DNA of 64,000 nucleotides. It comes from Candidatus Latescibacterota bacterium. Lineage in GTDB: Bacteria > Latescibacterota > UBA2968 > GCA-2709665. The stretch spans positions 5,408,001 to 5,472,000 of the forward strand of contig OZ244744.1 in NCBI GenBank assembly GCA_965219455.1, read 5' to 3'. Positions 38,615 to 48,788 of the stretch are shown here, piece after piece. The position numbers were made by a program, and so were the translations under genes. The notes below the pieces were generated by a model. That model ran no database searches. It saw nothing but the letters and a program-made list of their open reading frames with translations, and was not told the origin of the DNA. Each line of letters opens with the position of its first letter. Within the stretch, counting starts at the first letter, position 1.

Positions 38615-39757
38615 TTATTCCTTGCGTACATCCAACCGGACCTTGCGGGGTTCTACCTTTACGACCGTCAGATCCGTCCCGTGTGTTATCGACTCGACGC
38701 CAAACTCGAATGTTCTGCGTCCGAACCTGACGTAGGCGGCATTGATCACGAGTCGAAAGTCGTCCACGGGCGCCAGCAGAAAGGCGCGCCGCGGCCCCTT
38801 CACGGTTACGTTTACAACGTCCGGTCTGACCCCCTCCAGTGTATAGCCACTCGGTAGGTTCTCCACGCCGACCTCCACTTCGTACGTCGTTTCCTGGACC
38901 GCCGCGCCGGGTACCAACAACAGCCATGCACCGAACGCCAGCGCGAAGGAGAGCAAACCTTCAGCGAGATGTCGCGCCAGCCAGCCCCGACCGGTCCTCC
39001 TCGCGCTCGCGACCACGTGCTGCGCGTGCTCCTGTAACCTGGCCAGCAGTTCCTCGGGATCGTCTATAATCTCCAGTCGACCCTGCCGCGCGACGGCGAT
39101 GGTGCCGCGCTCCTCGGAAACCACCAGGCACAGGGCGTCGCTACGCTCGGTCAGCCCGAGTGCCGCAGCGTGGCGAGTGCCTCCGGGCCCGAGTTCGCCC
39201 CGGTTTTCCGAGAGCGGCAGATATACGGCGAAACGCTCCAGCCTGTCTTCTCTCATAACCAGAGCGCCATCGTGACCCGCCGCCGCCGTGCCGAACAGGC
39301 TATCGATAAGTTCCTCGCTGATGGTCGCTTGCAGTTCAATCCCGCCTTGCAAATACCGATCCAGCGGCTCGCGTCCGGGCAATACCACCAGGGCGCCCTG
39401 CCGCTTCGCCGCCAGTTGATGCATCGCCCGAACCAGCACCGCCAGACTCCCGCTCCGGGGGCGCGATACCCTCCTGCCCAGGCCGAGTGCGGCAATCTGT
39501 TCAAAGAGCCGTCGCAGGTCGTCCTGAAAAACGACAACAAGCAACACAACCAGGACCGCAAAAAACCCCTGGAAGATCCACGCTGTCAGTTGCAGTTCGA
39601 ATTGCCGCGCCAGCAGGTAGAAGGCACCCAAAAAGGCCAGCCCGATGAGCGCCATTCGGGCGTGCATTCTCCGAGTCCAGACCAACAGGCCCCAGAACAG
39701 TACACCCACGACCGCTATGTCCACAAAATCGGCCAATGCGATCTCAAGTAGCGTCAT
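38615..39757 (-). CDS. Diadenylate cyclase (CdaA/DacA) fused to a YbbR/CdaR-like domain
   Basis: 3 N-terminal TMs, VVFQDDLRR, HDGA, GTRHAAALG, VVSEERG; then a TM and V.V.V.GPR YbbR-like repeat. Confidence 0.85.
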   Translation of the reverse strand: MTLLEIALADFVDIAVVGVLFWGLLVWTRRMHARMALIGLAFLGAFYLLARQFELQLTAWIFQGFFAVLVVLLVVVFQDDLRRLFEQIAALGLGRRVSRPRSGSLAVLVRAMHQLAAKRQGALVVLPGREPLDRYLQGGIELQATISEELIDSLFGTAAAGHDGALVMREDRLERFAVYLPLSENRGELGPGGTRHAAALGLTERSDALCLVVSEERGTIAVARQGRLEIIDDPEELLARLQEHAQHVVASARRTGRGWLARHLAEGLLSFALAFGAWLLLVPGAAVQETTYEVEVGVENLPSGYTLEGVRPDVVNVTVKGPRRAFLLAPVDDFRLVINAAYVRFGRRTFEFGVESITHGTDLTVVKVEPRKVRLDVRKE

Positions 39758-40108
39758 ATCAGGAGATTTCCCGGCTGCCGGATTCACTGGATGGAGGACG
39801 CGAGCCTGCCCACGATGGGCGAATACCTGCCGGCTCGAAATATGGGCAATCTTTCACAATTCGTCAAGACCGCAGCGAATCATTCCCGCTGGGCCGTTGA
39901 ATGTCGATCGGGGTCTCCGGCGGCCTATTCATCGCGCGATCCGGTCGGAGGCACAAGGCGTTGGATTCAGACGTCCTGCAAGACCACGCTTCGGATCTCG
40001 CCTTTCGCTTGGTCAGTCCAGGGTAAATACATATATTTAGAGACATTCAGGGCAACCGGAAATGGACATCTGTTTGTCTGACGCTGTTTATGGACGGAGG
40101 AGAGCGAT

Positions 40109-40789
40109 ATGCAGGGTACACGGGGACGATTGAGCAGGCGGGAACTCAGGCAGGACGAGTTTGCGAAAAGGATATTGGTTGCATGGGCTTATGTGGAGGA
40201 GAACTATATACGTGTGCTTGCCGTGGGCGCGGGGGTGGCGGTCCTTATCCTGCTAGGCGTATTCGTCATGCACCGGATGGACGCCCGGGCCATGGAGGCA
40301 GTGGAGGCGGAGGGACGGGTTCGGGTATTGTTGCTACAGGGGCGGGTTGACGATGCCATCTTGGAAGCAGAGCGCATTGCGGAAGCCTATAGTGGTGATG
40401 CAGCCGCAGGGCGAGCGCTTCAACTGGCTGGCGGCCTTTATTTCGAAACGGGGCGTCACGCCGAGGCACAGGCTGCATTTGAAAAATACCTCCAGGAGTT
40501 CGACTCGACGGGTCCCACGGGGTATAGCGCCTGGTCCGGTGTGGCCGCGGCGATGGAAGAACAGGGCGATCCCGCGAGTGCGGCGGCCAGATACCAGGCG
40601 TTCGCCGATGAATTCGAAGACTCGCCGTTCGCGCCCAATGCACTCAAAGAGGCGGCCCGTTGTTATCGGGTCTCGGGAGATACCGATCAGGCCAGGAATC
40701 TGTTGCAGCGCATTCTGGACAGGTATTCCAAGAGCCCGGTCGTTCGGAGCGCAGAGGAGGAACTCAAGCAGATGGGTGGCATCGGATGA
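40109..40789 (+). CDS. Membrane-anchored TPR protein (YfgM/CpoB-like)
   Basis: ELRQDEF, single TM, TPR repeats ending 'ILDRYSKS'; RBS GGAGGAG. Confidence 0.8.
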   Translation: MQGTRGRLSRRELRQDEFAKRILVAWAYVEENYIRVLAVGAGVAVLILLGVFVMHRMDARAMEAVEAEGRVRVLLLQGRVDDAILEAERIAEAYSGDAAAGRALQLAGGLYFETGRHAEAQAAFEKYLQEFDSTGPTGYSAWSGVAAAMEEQGDPASAAARYQAFADEFEDSPFAPNALKEAARCYRVSGDTDQARNLLQRILDRYSKSPVVRSAEEELKQMGGIG

Positions 40790-43700
40790 CCGATCCGCAA
40801 CTCATAATGACCCGTTCACGCGAATTTCTCCCGACCAATCTGGCCGACGATATACTGCTGGTGGTACCGGACGACATGCTGCGGCATTCAACCGTCGCCC
40901 GCGTCCGTGAAGCGATCGGAGAGGCGGGACGACTGCCTGAAACGATCCCACAGAGGCGTTTTCAGCCGGCGATGTTCCGGAAAAAACACGTGATTGCCTG
41001 CGGAAATCTGGCAAATAACCGGGCGATTCAACGTTTGTATACCGCCCGTTGTTGTTTTGTTGATACCTTTTTCCCCGGTGCGAACGGGTATCTGGTCAAA
41101 TCGATTTCGAATCCGTTCGGGTACGGCCGGAATTGCATTGTCGCAGGCGCCAGCACGGAGGAGGCGCTGGTGGCGGCCCTGGGCGTCTTCAGGGACATCG
41201 TCGCCGCCAGCAGCGGCAGCCTGGATCGGGTTCACGCCGCGTCTTTCGACCACAACCTGCCTAGATTTCCGGAAGCCTCCGAGATGGACCGGATGGTTCG
41301 GGACGATCTGGAGATCTGGGGTACGGGGTGGTCCGCTTCGCCCTTTCGGGGCGGCAGGCTGCTGTCCTATCTCTGGCACTATTACCTGACAGATCATCCG
41401 GTCTGGGCGCGAGCGGCGGTGGATATCCTGAAGGGATCGATAGAACCGTGGCGCGCGGAGTGCCGTGCGCACCCGGAGGCATACCACTGTTTCTTCAACC
41501 TGCACCTCCACATCCATCTTTGGGACCTGGTGGAAGACAGCCCGCTGTTCATCCCTGAAGACCGCCTGAGGGCGGTCACTATGTTCGGCGAGTTGTTGAG
41601 ACATCTCATGAAACTCTCCTACGTCTCCGAGGATGTGAATCCGCCCGGTGAAATTCGGCAGAATCACACGACTTTTATCGGGTTGAACCTGGCGGTGGGC
41701 GCCGATTATATGATCAGGCGGTACGGCATCGGGGAATTTCAGCGGACGAACGATATCGCAAAGCGCATATTCGAAGGTCAGATGGATTCTTATAAGCCCG
41801 ACGACGATGGGGGAGTGGGGTATACCTGGCATGTACCTCAGGAAACCCTCTCTTATTTTCTGTATCGCGGGGACGACCGTTATATTACCGGGGGCCACGT
41901 GTCGGATCTATGCAAATTGGCGGTGGTGACAACCGACAATATGCGCAGCGAGTGCGGTTACGGCGATACCTCGGGATACGCCCGCTTTTCCACGAATGGT
42001 TGGGAAACGCGCCTGTGGCCGTTCATGGTATCGACCTGGCATCGGCCGGACCCCGAACACCTCTGGACGTTGAACTGGCTGGGCGACGGAAAACGTCCTC
42101 CGCTGGACCGGGTGATGCACGGCCTCTATTCCACAATAGACTACGTCGACGACGGCTTTGCCCAGGCGGGGTGCGAGCCGAAAGCACCGAACGGTTTGCT
42201 CGGAATCAGCGTGATGGATATGCCCGAGGCCGTGCTGAACTGGGTCCGTCGAAATGTCCCGCGGGCGCATCATCCGGTTCCCGGTGGACGGTATTTCGAT
42301 AAATTGTCCCTCAGGCGGAACTTCGAGCCCGACGGCGAATACCTGTTGCTGGAAGGACTCGGCACGACCTGCCATGGACACGAAGATACCAATGCGATCG
42401 TACGACTTACTTGGAACAACAGGGCGTGGCTGGCAGACGGGGATTACATCCGGGCGGCACCCAGGTTTCACAATTCCGTCGTGGTCCTGCGAGACGGTGT
42501 CGGCGTTCTCGAATCGCCTGGAGACGGCGTGGTCATCCCACCACTGGCAACTTTGAACAACAGTAACGACGGAACGGAACTCGCGATGCTCCGCACCGAG
42601 GCCGCGGGTTATAATGGCGTGGATTGGCAACGGGATATTTTCTGGCGCAAGGGTCGATACATGGTGGTTATGGACCGGCTGTGCTGTCGTGAAGCCGGCG
42701 ACTATCACATGCAGTGTCTCTGGCGGATGGTAGGGGATCCGGCACTTCAAGCGGACGGGGTCCACATCCGGCAGGAAGGAGAAGGGTTTCATATTCGCAA
42801 CGCGGACGGTTCCGCACAAGAGGTCGTTCCGGATCCGCACGTCAAGAGCCGCTGGGGAAGCTATCCCCATTCGGACGGTACGATATCCGTGTTGCATCAG
42901 CGAATAGGGTGCGGGCTCGAGCCCGGTACGTCGTTTACCTTTATGAATCTGCTCACCCCGGACACAGACATTCATATGGAGCGGGTCGGTCCCGATGCGG
43001 TGAAAGTGACGGACGCAGACGAAGTCACGTTGTTGGGTGCGGGAACGCTGGAAATGGATGACCTCGAACTTTCGGGGAGCATGTTCGCCTGTCTGGCCAG
43101 GGACAATCGGGTGGTTGTGCAGGGCATCGAACGGCTGGCCGGACAAGAAGTTGACTGTATTGAACAGGTCGTGGATCGTCCGGAGCTTGCGGCGGCGATC
43201 CGGTCCGTACGTGAAACCCCGGCGGTGAGGCCACCGTCGGACCGCCCCTCGGTTTCAGACGGCCTGACGCAACGATGGCGCCGGGAATTCCCCGCCGGCA
43301 TCCGGGATATCTCCGTCGCAGGGGACGGCAGTCTGCTTCTGGCAAGCGGGGGAGACGTCGCGTGGCTGGACGCGGAATCCGGCGAGACGGCCTGGTCTCG
43401 ATCCGTCGACGTGGAGGGCGGCGCCAGCCGGGTACATGCATCGGACATCGACGGCGACGGGAATTCGGAAGCCCTGTTGGGAACCGAGGACTCGCGACTT
43501 ATTGTACTGGAAGGAGATTCCGGAAAGGAGCGGTGGCGGCGCGGGTTGCGGAATATGTCGAGTCGCGGCTCGAGGGTGTCGGGCCTCGCCGTTGCGGATC
43601 TGGAGGGCAATGGCGACCTGAGCGTGCTTGCCGGTACCGAAGGATGGTTTGTCAATGCGTTTGCGCACGACGGCAGCCCCAAATGGGCCGAGTGGTTTCG

Positions 43701-44328
43701 ATATCACGCCATAACCGCGCTGAAAGTGGAGGACACGGACGGAGATGGAAGGGCCGAGATTCTGGTCGGTACGGAATATTATACGCCGCTAACGGTCCAC
43801 AATTTCGACGGGTCGTTTCGCTGGTCCACGTTCGAACAGGTCGGATCGCATGGTAACGCCACAACACCCAGGCGCGGCATCTGCCTGAAACATATGGTTG
43901 TATGTGATCTTGATCGCGACGGGATCCTCGAAATTGTCTATGGCACGGAGGATGGCTGGGTCTATGCCGTCAAACCGCACGATGGAGCGGAACTCTGGCA
44001 CATCAATCTCGTGGGAGAAATCACTGGGATTGTCGTTAAGGACGACGTCCTGATTGTCGCCTGCGAATACGGCGCGCTCTACGGGTTCGATTTTGACGGC
44101 AATCTGAAATGGCGCCGCCACGAGGCGCAATGGATTCACGCGCTCGCTGAATCGTGCGGCGTGATGGCCGTCGCGGCCAACCGTCGGGAAATCCGGACGT
44201 ATGACATCAAGGGACGCTGTCAGGGCTTGTTGGAAATGCCCGCGGACGTCACGTCGCTCACCGCGGAGGCGAGCGGATTCGTGTGTGGTGCGGGACGACT
44301 GCTGTTTGTATTGGATGTTTCCAACTGA
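40786..44328 (+). CDS. Large hypothetical protein: alpha-helical/heparinase II/III-like region plus a PQQ/FG-GAP-like beta-propeller
   Basis: QNH, HGHEDTNAI, FHNSV; repeated DxDGDG..E.L.G motifs with Trp; ATGA overlap with the TPR gene. Confidence 0.65.
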   Translation: MTDPQLIMTRSREFLPTNLADDILLVVPDDMLRHSTVARVREAIGEAGRLPETIPQRRFQPAMFRKKHVIACGNLANNRAIQRLYTARCCFVDTFFPGANGYLVKSISNPFGYGRNCIVAGASTEEALVAALGVFRDIVAASSGSLDRVHAASFDHNLPRFPEASEMDRMVRDDLEIWGTGWSASPFRGGRLLSYLWHYYLTDHPVWARAAVDILKGSIEPWRAECRAHPEAYHCFFNLHLHIHLWDLVEDSPLFIPEDRLRAVTMFGELLRHLMKLSYVSEDVNPPGEIRQNHTTFIGLNLAVGADYMIRRYGIGEFQRTNDIAKRIFEGQMDSYKPDDDGGVGYTWHVPQETLSYFLYRGDDRYITGGHVSDLCKLAVVTTDNMRSECGYGDTSGYARFSTNGWETRLWPFMVSTWHRPDPEHLWTLNWLGDGKRPPLDRVMHGLYSTIDYVDDGFAQAGCEPKAPNGLLGISVMDMPEAVLNWVRRNVPRAHHPVPGGRYFDKLSLRRNFEPDGEYLLLEGLGTTCHGHEDTNAIVRLTWNNRAWLADGDYIRAAPRFHNSVVVLRDGVGVLESPGDGVVIPPLATLNNSNDGTELAMLRTEAAGYNGVDWQRDIFWRKGRYMVVMDRLCCREAGDYHMQCLWRMVGDPALQADGVHIRQEGEGFHIRNADGSAQEVVPDPHVKSRWGSYPHSDGTISVLHQRIGCGLEPGTSFTFMNLLTPDTDIHMERVGPDAVKVTDADEVTLLGAGTLEMDDLELSGSMFACLARDNRVVVQGIERLAGQEVDCIEQVVDRPELAAAIRSVRETPAVRPPSDRPSVSDGLTQRWRREFPAGIRDISVAGDGSLLLASGGDVAWLDAESGETAWSRSVDVEGGASRVHASDIDGDGNSEALLGTEDSRLIVLEGDSGKERWRRGLRNMSSRGSRVSGLAVADLEGNGDLSVLAGTEGWFVNAFAHDGSPKWAEWFRYHAITALKVEDTDGDGRAEILVGTEYYTPLTVHNFDGSFRWSTFEQVGSHGNATTPRRGICLKHMVVCDLDRDGILEIVYGTEDGWVYAVKPHDGAELWHINLVGEITGIVVKDDVLIVACEYGALYGFDFDGNLKWRRHEAQWIHALAESCGVMAVAANRREIRTYDIKGRCQGLLEMPADVTSLTAEASGFVCGAGRLLFVLDVSN

Positions 44329-44472
44329 AAATATAACAGATTCCAGACCAAAGGTTTAATGACAGATATTCATGTAATTCTGGAGGCTAAACTGAGGCCA
44401 GGAAGGACAGTACGATAGGAGAATCAAGGTAAGACATGCTCAACACTGGATCCAACTATACCAGGAATACAC

Positions 44473-44852
44473 CATGCCCTGGCCAAGGTTCCCCTCCTCG
44501 TCATTGATGACTTCGGACTCCGACCCCTTGGCCCGCCGCACGAGGACGACTTCCATGACCTCGTCGCCGAACGCTATGAACGCGCTGCCACTATCGTCAC
44601 CTCCAACCTCGACTTCAACGAGTGGGGCAACGCCTTCTCCAATCGACTCCTCGGCGCCGCAACACTCGACCGACTGCGACACGCCGCCTACCGCATCATC
44701 CTCGACGGACACAGCTATCGGTCTCCGCGTCCTCTACATACACCACACAAAATCACCCTTGCAAAGGAGGTCACCAAAACCTAATTACATGTCACGTCTG
44801 AGACCCCCTTTTTCACCCTCGTTCACTGGCGCCTTTACACCGATCATTGACA
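44473..44852 (+). mobile_element. istB: IS21 family remnant: 3' part of istB plus right end
   Basis: Start-less frame ALAKVPLLVIDDFG..ERYER..IVTSNL..EW..ATLDRLRH..LDGHSYR (stop 44782-44784); terminus ...CCGATCATTGACA. Confidence 0.85.
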
Positions 44853-45111
44853 GCATCGAAGAAGGCAAACAGAATTGTCCCAGGGTGGTTGCCGAAATAC
44901 TACGTTATTTTCCCGCATCTCATCTGTTGGAACACCGTGTAGGAGTAGACCAAATTCCGGCCCTTCTTTCATCGGCACTACTTTGGCAAATTTCAGAAGG
45001 TAAGGTTCCTAAGTATACCGGTCCTGAATATTCTCTGAATCTGTTCGTTGGTATATCCGGCAAAGAGTGAAACGTCCTGAGTCATCGTTGTCTCCTGTAT
45101 GATGCGTGGGA

Positions 45112-47094
45112 TTATCCTGAATCCCCGAACGATGCTGCGAATATGAGGAAGTCGGAAAAGCCGACCATGCCATCGGAATCCAGATCAAATCTGGAATCGT
45201 AATCCGCATCCGTGGATTGTTTTCCAAACACTTGAGCGAATTGCACAAAATCCGAAAAGCCAACAGATGAATCGCCGTCGAAGTCACCTGTCAATTGAGA
45301 TTCGACACTCAGCGTTATTGAGCTATACCGTTCAATCTCTACCATTGTACCATCGGAAAGAGAGAAGATCGCAGTCGTGAGGTTTATGGAAGTGCTGTCC
45401 GAAAAGTTGTCTGCAACAACGAAGGTTAATGTTCCCATCAGGCCTGAATTCTTCTCGAAGGAGCCTTTTCCTGTTGTGGCTGTGCCTACGGTAACGGCAT
45501 TCTCTGCGTGGGCTATAACTGCAAGGGCATCAGGTATAAGTTCCCCGGCCTCAAAGGCAAATGAGTTGGTGTTGATAGAAGTGGGGTCATGTTGTAAAGA
45601 AACTTGAAATCCGTTTAGCGTTGGCATGTCGGTGCCAAAGATTTGGACGGTGATTGAGTCTCCACTGGTGACTCCTTGCAATGTTTGCGCGTTTCGATTT
45701 TCAGGACCACGTTCCAAGTCCAAATCAATCTGGGATGAAAAAACTGTGGCTGTAAGGGGAATAGTTACGTTGGACTGATCTGGATCTGTATTCAAGACTG
45801 TGATTGTGCCGGTGATTTCTCCAGGTGATTCCGGTTTGATTGTGAGAGTGACGGAAGCGCTGTCCCCACTTTCAATGTGTACCGATTTGGGCTGGACGGA
45901 CAAACCTGGAATTTGTGAGGAAATATCCTGAATGGATAGTGTCATATTCCCAATGTTGGACACTTGCATAAATTTCGTTCTTGAAGAGCCAAGGACGATT
46001 TCGCCCATTGGGAATGTTTCTGGTATCTCAATGTCAGGTTCAAATCCCTTGCTGTTGGTGATCCGGTAGATTTTGTTTTCTTCGATATCGGCAAATATGA
46101 CATTGCCTTCTTTGTCGATGGCAAGGTCTGATGCTTTTCCGGTGACTGTGCTGATTTTTTCGGTGCCAATTTCCCGAAATCCAGAATCGTCGTTTATTTC
46201 TCCGTATCGAAATACACCTAACGATTGGAATGGTGCGTATGTTGCATAGAAAAGGTTCGATTTGGACAAGGAAAATGACTGGACATTATGGCTGCTGTGT
46301 GTAAATACGCTATCTTGGGTGCCTGATTTCCCGTTGTATCTTGCAATTGTTGTGCTGCCATAATACTCAGGGCCACTGTAAGTATATATTAAGAAGACAT
46401 TTCCGAGGGCGTCTACATCAATGTCATTTTGAAAGTTCTGATTAGTACCCGGGTCGCTCAGAAAGGTTACAGCATCTCCTGATGGGATAATTCGCATTAC
46501 AGATGAGATGAAGTCGTCTTTTCTCCTTCTGAGAATTCTTTCAGTGTACCGATCCGTGAAGTAGACGATGCCATTGAGGTTATCAATGGCAATCTGTCCA
46601 GGTACAAGGTTCGGGGCTTTGTGCACGGTGGACATGATGCCGGATTCGGTAACTTTTCTAACGCGGTGATTTCCTGTGTCGGAAATGTAAAAATCCCCGT
46701 TTTCAGCAACGCTTACGAATTGAGGGGAGTTGAGTTGTACTTCAGTGGCAATGCCGGTTTCTTCTGAGAAACCCCCCTCTCCCGTTCCTGCCACTGTGGA
46801 TATGATGCCCGTTTCTGCTTCGATTCGGCGGATTACATGGTTTTCAGAATCGGCTATGTAGAGATTCCCGTCAGCGTCAATGGCGATTCCAGTCGGAGCG
46901 TTGAGTCCGGCGTAAAGGGAAGATCCATCATCGCCAGTGTAAGATGCTGTACCTGTTCCTGCAATCGGATAAACCAGGTTCTTTTTCTGAACAATGTCAT
47001 ATGATTGGGCATGGCAATCACTGGCATTTGATATCAGTGTGAAGACGGGGATGAGGAAGATTAGTTTGGACATGGAGTTGGCAAGACGTTGCAT
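45112..47094 (-). CDS. Secreted NHL-repeat protein with Ig-like, cohesin-like and dockerin/EF-hand-like domains
   Basis: Signal-like N-terminus; IAGTG..GD.G..LNAPTGIAID..GNLYIAD; SNIGNMTLSI; GFQVSLQHD..GTLTF; GDFDGDSSVGFSDF/DLDSDGMVGFSDF. Confidence 0.8.
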   Translation of the reverse strand: MQRLANSMSKLIFLIPVFTLISNASDCHAQSYDIVQKKNLVYPIAGTGTASYTGDDGSSLYAGLNAPTGIAIDADGNLYIADSENHVIRRIEAETGIISTVAGTGEGGFSEETGIATEVQLNSPQFVSVAENGDFYISDTGNHRVRKVTESGIMSTVHKAPNLVPGQIAIDNLNGIVYFTDRYTERILRRRKDDFISSVMRIIPSGDAVTFLSDPGTNQNFQNDIDVDALGNVFLIYTYSGPEYYGSTTIARYNGKSGTQDSVFTHSSHNVQSFSLSKSNLFYATYAPFQSLGVFRYGEINDDSGFREIGTEKISTVTGKASDLAIDKEGNVIFADIEENKIYRITNSKGFEPDIEIPETFPMGEIVLGSSRTKFMQVSNIGNMTLSIQDISSQIPGLSVQPKSVHIESGDSASVTLTIKPESPGEITGTITVLNTDPDQSNVTIPLTATVFSSQIDLDLERGPENRNAQTLQGVTSGDSITVQIFGTDMPTLNGFQVSLQHDPTSINTNSFAFEAGELIPDALAVIAHAENAVTVGTATTGKGSFEKNSGLMGTLTFVVADNFSDSTSINLTTAIFSLSDGTMVEIERYSSITLSVESQLTGDFDGDSSVGFSDFVQFAQVFGKQSTDADYDSRFDLDSDGMVGFSDFLIFAASFGDSG

Positions 47095-47138
47095 AACGAA
47101 ACCCTCTCGCGAAAGAGAACACAAATGAATCCGGCACC

Positions 47139-48525
47139 GAGATATTGTCAAATGTTGTGGATGGCGGCGAGCGCATCCTGATGGATTAGGCGGCGGCTTT
47201 GACGTCTCCATCCTGGAATTCAACGCCCTGGACGACGAGTTCAATGAGTTTGTGGCTGTGTAACCGCTGCCAGTGTTTTTGGGCTTGGGTGGTCAGTTTG
47301 TAGACCATCATCAAAGTGGCATTTCTAGAGCCGCATCCTTTGGTCTGGCGTGTGCGGTGGCGAACGGTGCTGAAGGTGGATTCAATGGGATTGGTGGTAC
47401 GGAGGTGTCGCCAGTGGGCGGCTGGGAAATCGTAAAAGGCGAACAGCACGTCCTTGTCTTTTTCCAGACATGAGCAGGCCTTGGGGTATCTGGCTTCATA
47501 CAGGGACAAGAAGTCCTCGTAGGCGCCCAGGGCATCCTGTCTGGTGGGTGACAGATACATCTGGTGGAGGCGCGCTTTGGCCTGTGCCTGGACCGTTTTG
47601 GGGAGGCTATCCAGCACGTTGGCACTCTTATGCACCCAGCAGCGCTGATGGTTTGTCCCAGGGTAGACTTCCTCCAGCGCTGCCCAGAACCCCAGACCGC
47701 CATCGCCAATGGCCAGGGCAGGCGCTTCTTTCAACCCTCTTCTTTTCAGGTCCGTCAGCACACCTTCCCAGGACAGCTTGCTTTCCCGATGCCCATCTTC
47801 GATGGCCAGCAGTTCGTTACGGCCGTCCTTCGTGGCACCGATGATGACTAAGATACAGGGCCGATCCGGTTCCAGCCGCACCTGGAAATAGATGCCATCG
47901 GCCCACACATACACGTAGTGTTTATCTGAAAGATCGCGATGTTGCCACTCTCGATACTCTTCATCCCAGATCTGTTTGAGCCGAACAATGTTGGCGGGTG
48001 ACAGGCCGACGGCATTCTCACCCAAAATCGCAGAGAGCGCCTCGGGGAAGGACGACGTGGAGACCCCCTTGAGATACAGCGCCGGAATCAACGCATCGAT
48101 CGACGGTGCCCGGCGCATATATCGTGGCAAGATGGCAGAACTGAACGTCTTGTCCTCACGCCTGTCGTGCACACGCGGCTGCCGGATCTCAAGGTGTCCT
48201 ACGCCCGTGATCAGTTCCCGTGGCTTGTGAGAACCATTCCTGACCACTTGACGGTGGCCACGTTCATCTTTCTCGTCTTGCAAGTTCTTGACGTAGGCTT
48301 CCACTTCAAAATCCAACGCGGCTTGCAGCATCCGCCTGGCCCCGACACGAATCAAGGCTTCCAGGCTCAACGTCACTTCATCTTTGACTATCGTCTCAAC
48401 TTCGGAGCCTGTATATTGTCTCATCGAGCGTATCCTTTCTCCCTCGTCTGAGGGATCTCGGGTTTGTTGTGATACTATAGGATACGCTCTTTTTTTGCCT
48501 CATCCACAACTTTTGAATATACCTC
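47139..48525 (-). mobile_element. IS256 family insertion sequence, apparently intact
   Basis: 25-bp terminal IRs (21/25 match); 9-bp direct repeat TCCGGCACC at 47130-47138 and 48526-48534. Confidence 0.93.
47186..48424 (-). CDS. IS256 family DDE transposase
   Basis: RNG, YLKGVS, WADG, GDGGLGFW, QRCWVHK, RTTNPIES. Confidence 0.95.
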   Translation of the reverse strand: MRQYTGSEVETIVKDEVTLSLEALIRVGARRMLQAALDFEVEAYVKNLQDEKDERGHRQVVRNGSHKPRELITGVGHLEIRQPRVHDRREDKTFSSAILPRYMRRAPSIDALIPALYLKGVSTSSFPEALSAILGENAVGLSPANIVRLKQIWDEEYREWQHRDLSDKHYVYVWADGIYFQVRLEPDRPCILVIIGATKDGRNELLAIEDGHRESKLSWEGVLTDLKRRGLKEAPALAIGDGGLGFWAALEEVYPGTNHQRCWVHKSANVLDSLPKTVQAQAKARLHQMYLSPTRQDALGAYEDFLSLYEARYPKACSCLEKDKDVLFAFYDFPAAHWRHLRTTNPIESTFSTVRHRTRQTKGCGSRNATLMMVYKLTTQAQKHWQRLHSHKLIELVVQGVEFQDGDVKAAA

Positions 48526-48562
48526 TCCGGCACCCGGTAAGAAGGTGTCGGGCGGCATGGGC

Positions 48563-48592
48563 ATTATAATATTTCGCCTTGACAAGACGCAA
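48563..48592 (-). promoter_or_regulatory. Putative sigma70 promoter pointing toward IS256 and the NHL gene
   Basis: On the - strand, TTGCGT-18nt-TATAAT. Confidence 0.5.
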
Positions 48593-48627
48593 GACTTTTC
48601 TGGATAAGATTCGAGGGAGGATATACC

Positions 48628-48788
48628 ATGAGCAGGATAGAGGAAATGATAGAGCGCGTGAGGGGCGGCGAGGACGCTGAGGCGATTGTTGAGGGCCTGG
48701 GGGGGGCCTGGGGTGGGGAGAGAAGGGGAAGAAAGGCGATTCTGAGGGCTTAGACGAGCGTCTGGAGCGTTTTCTAAGGAGGAAGTAA
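48628..48788 (+). pseudogene. Small ORF with a G8 tract (frameshift or phase-variation candidate)
   Basis: Strong RBS GGGAGG; current frame stops at 48753 (41 aa); one extra G gives a 53-aa frame ending at 48788. Confidence 0.35.

Noticed and set aside
44474-45070. 198-aa Ser/Pro/Thr-rich ORF
   Set aside because: Off-frame shadow of the istB remnant that runs through the IS end
47095-47244. N-terminal extension of the NHL protein given in the ORF track
   Set aside because: Runs into the IS256 end; the true start is likely ATG 47094
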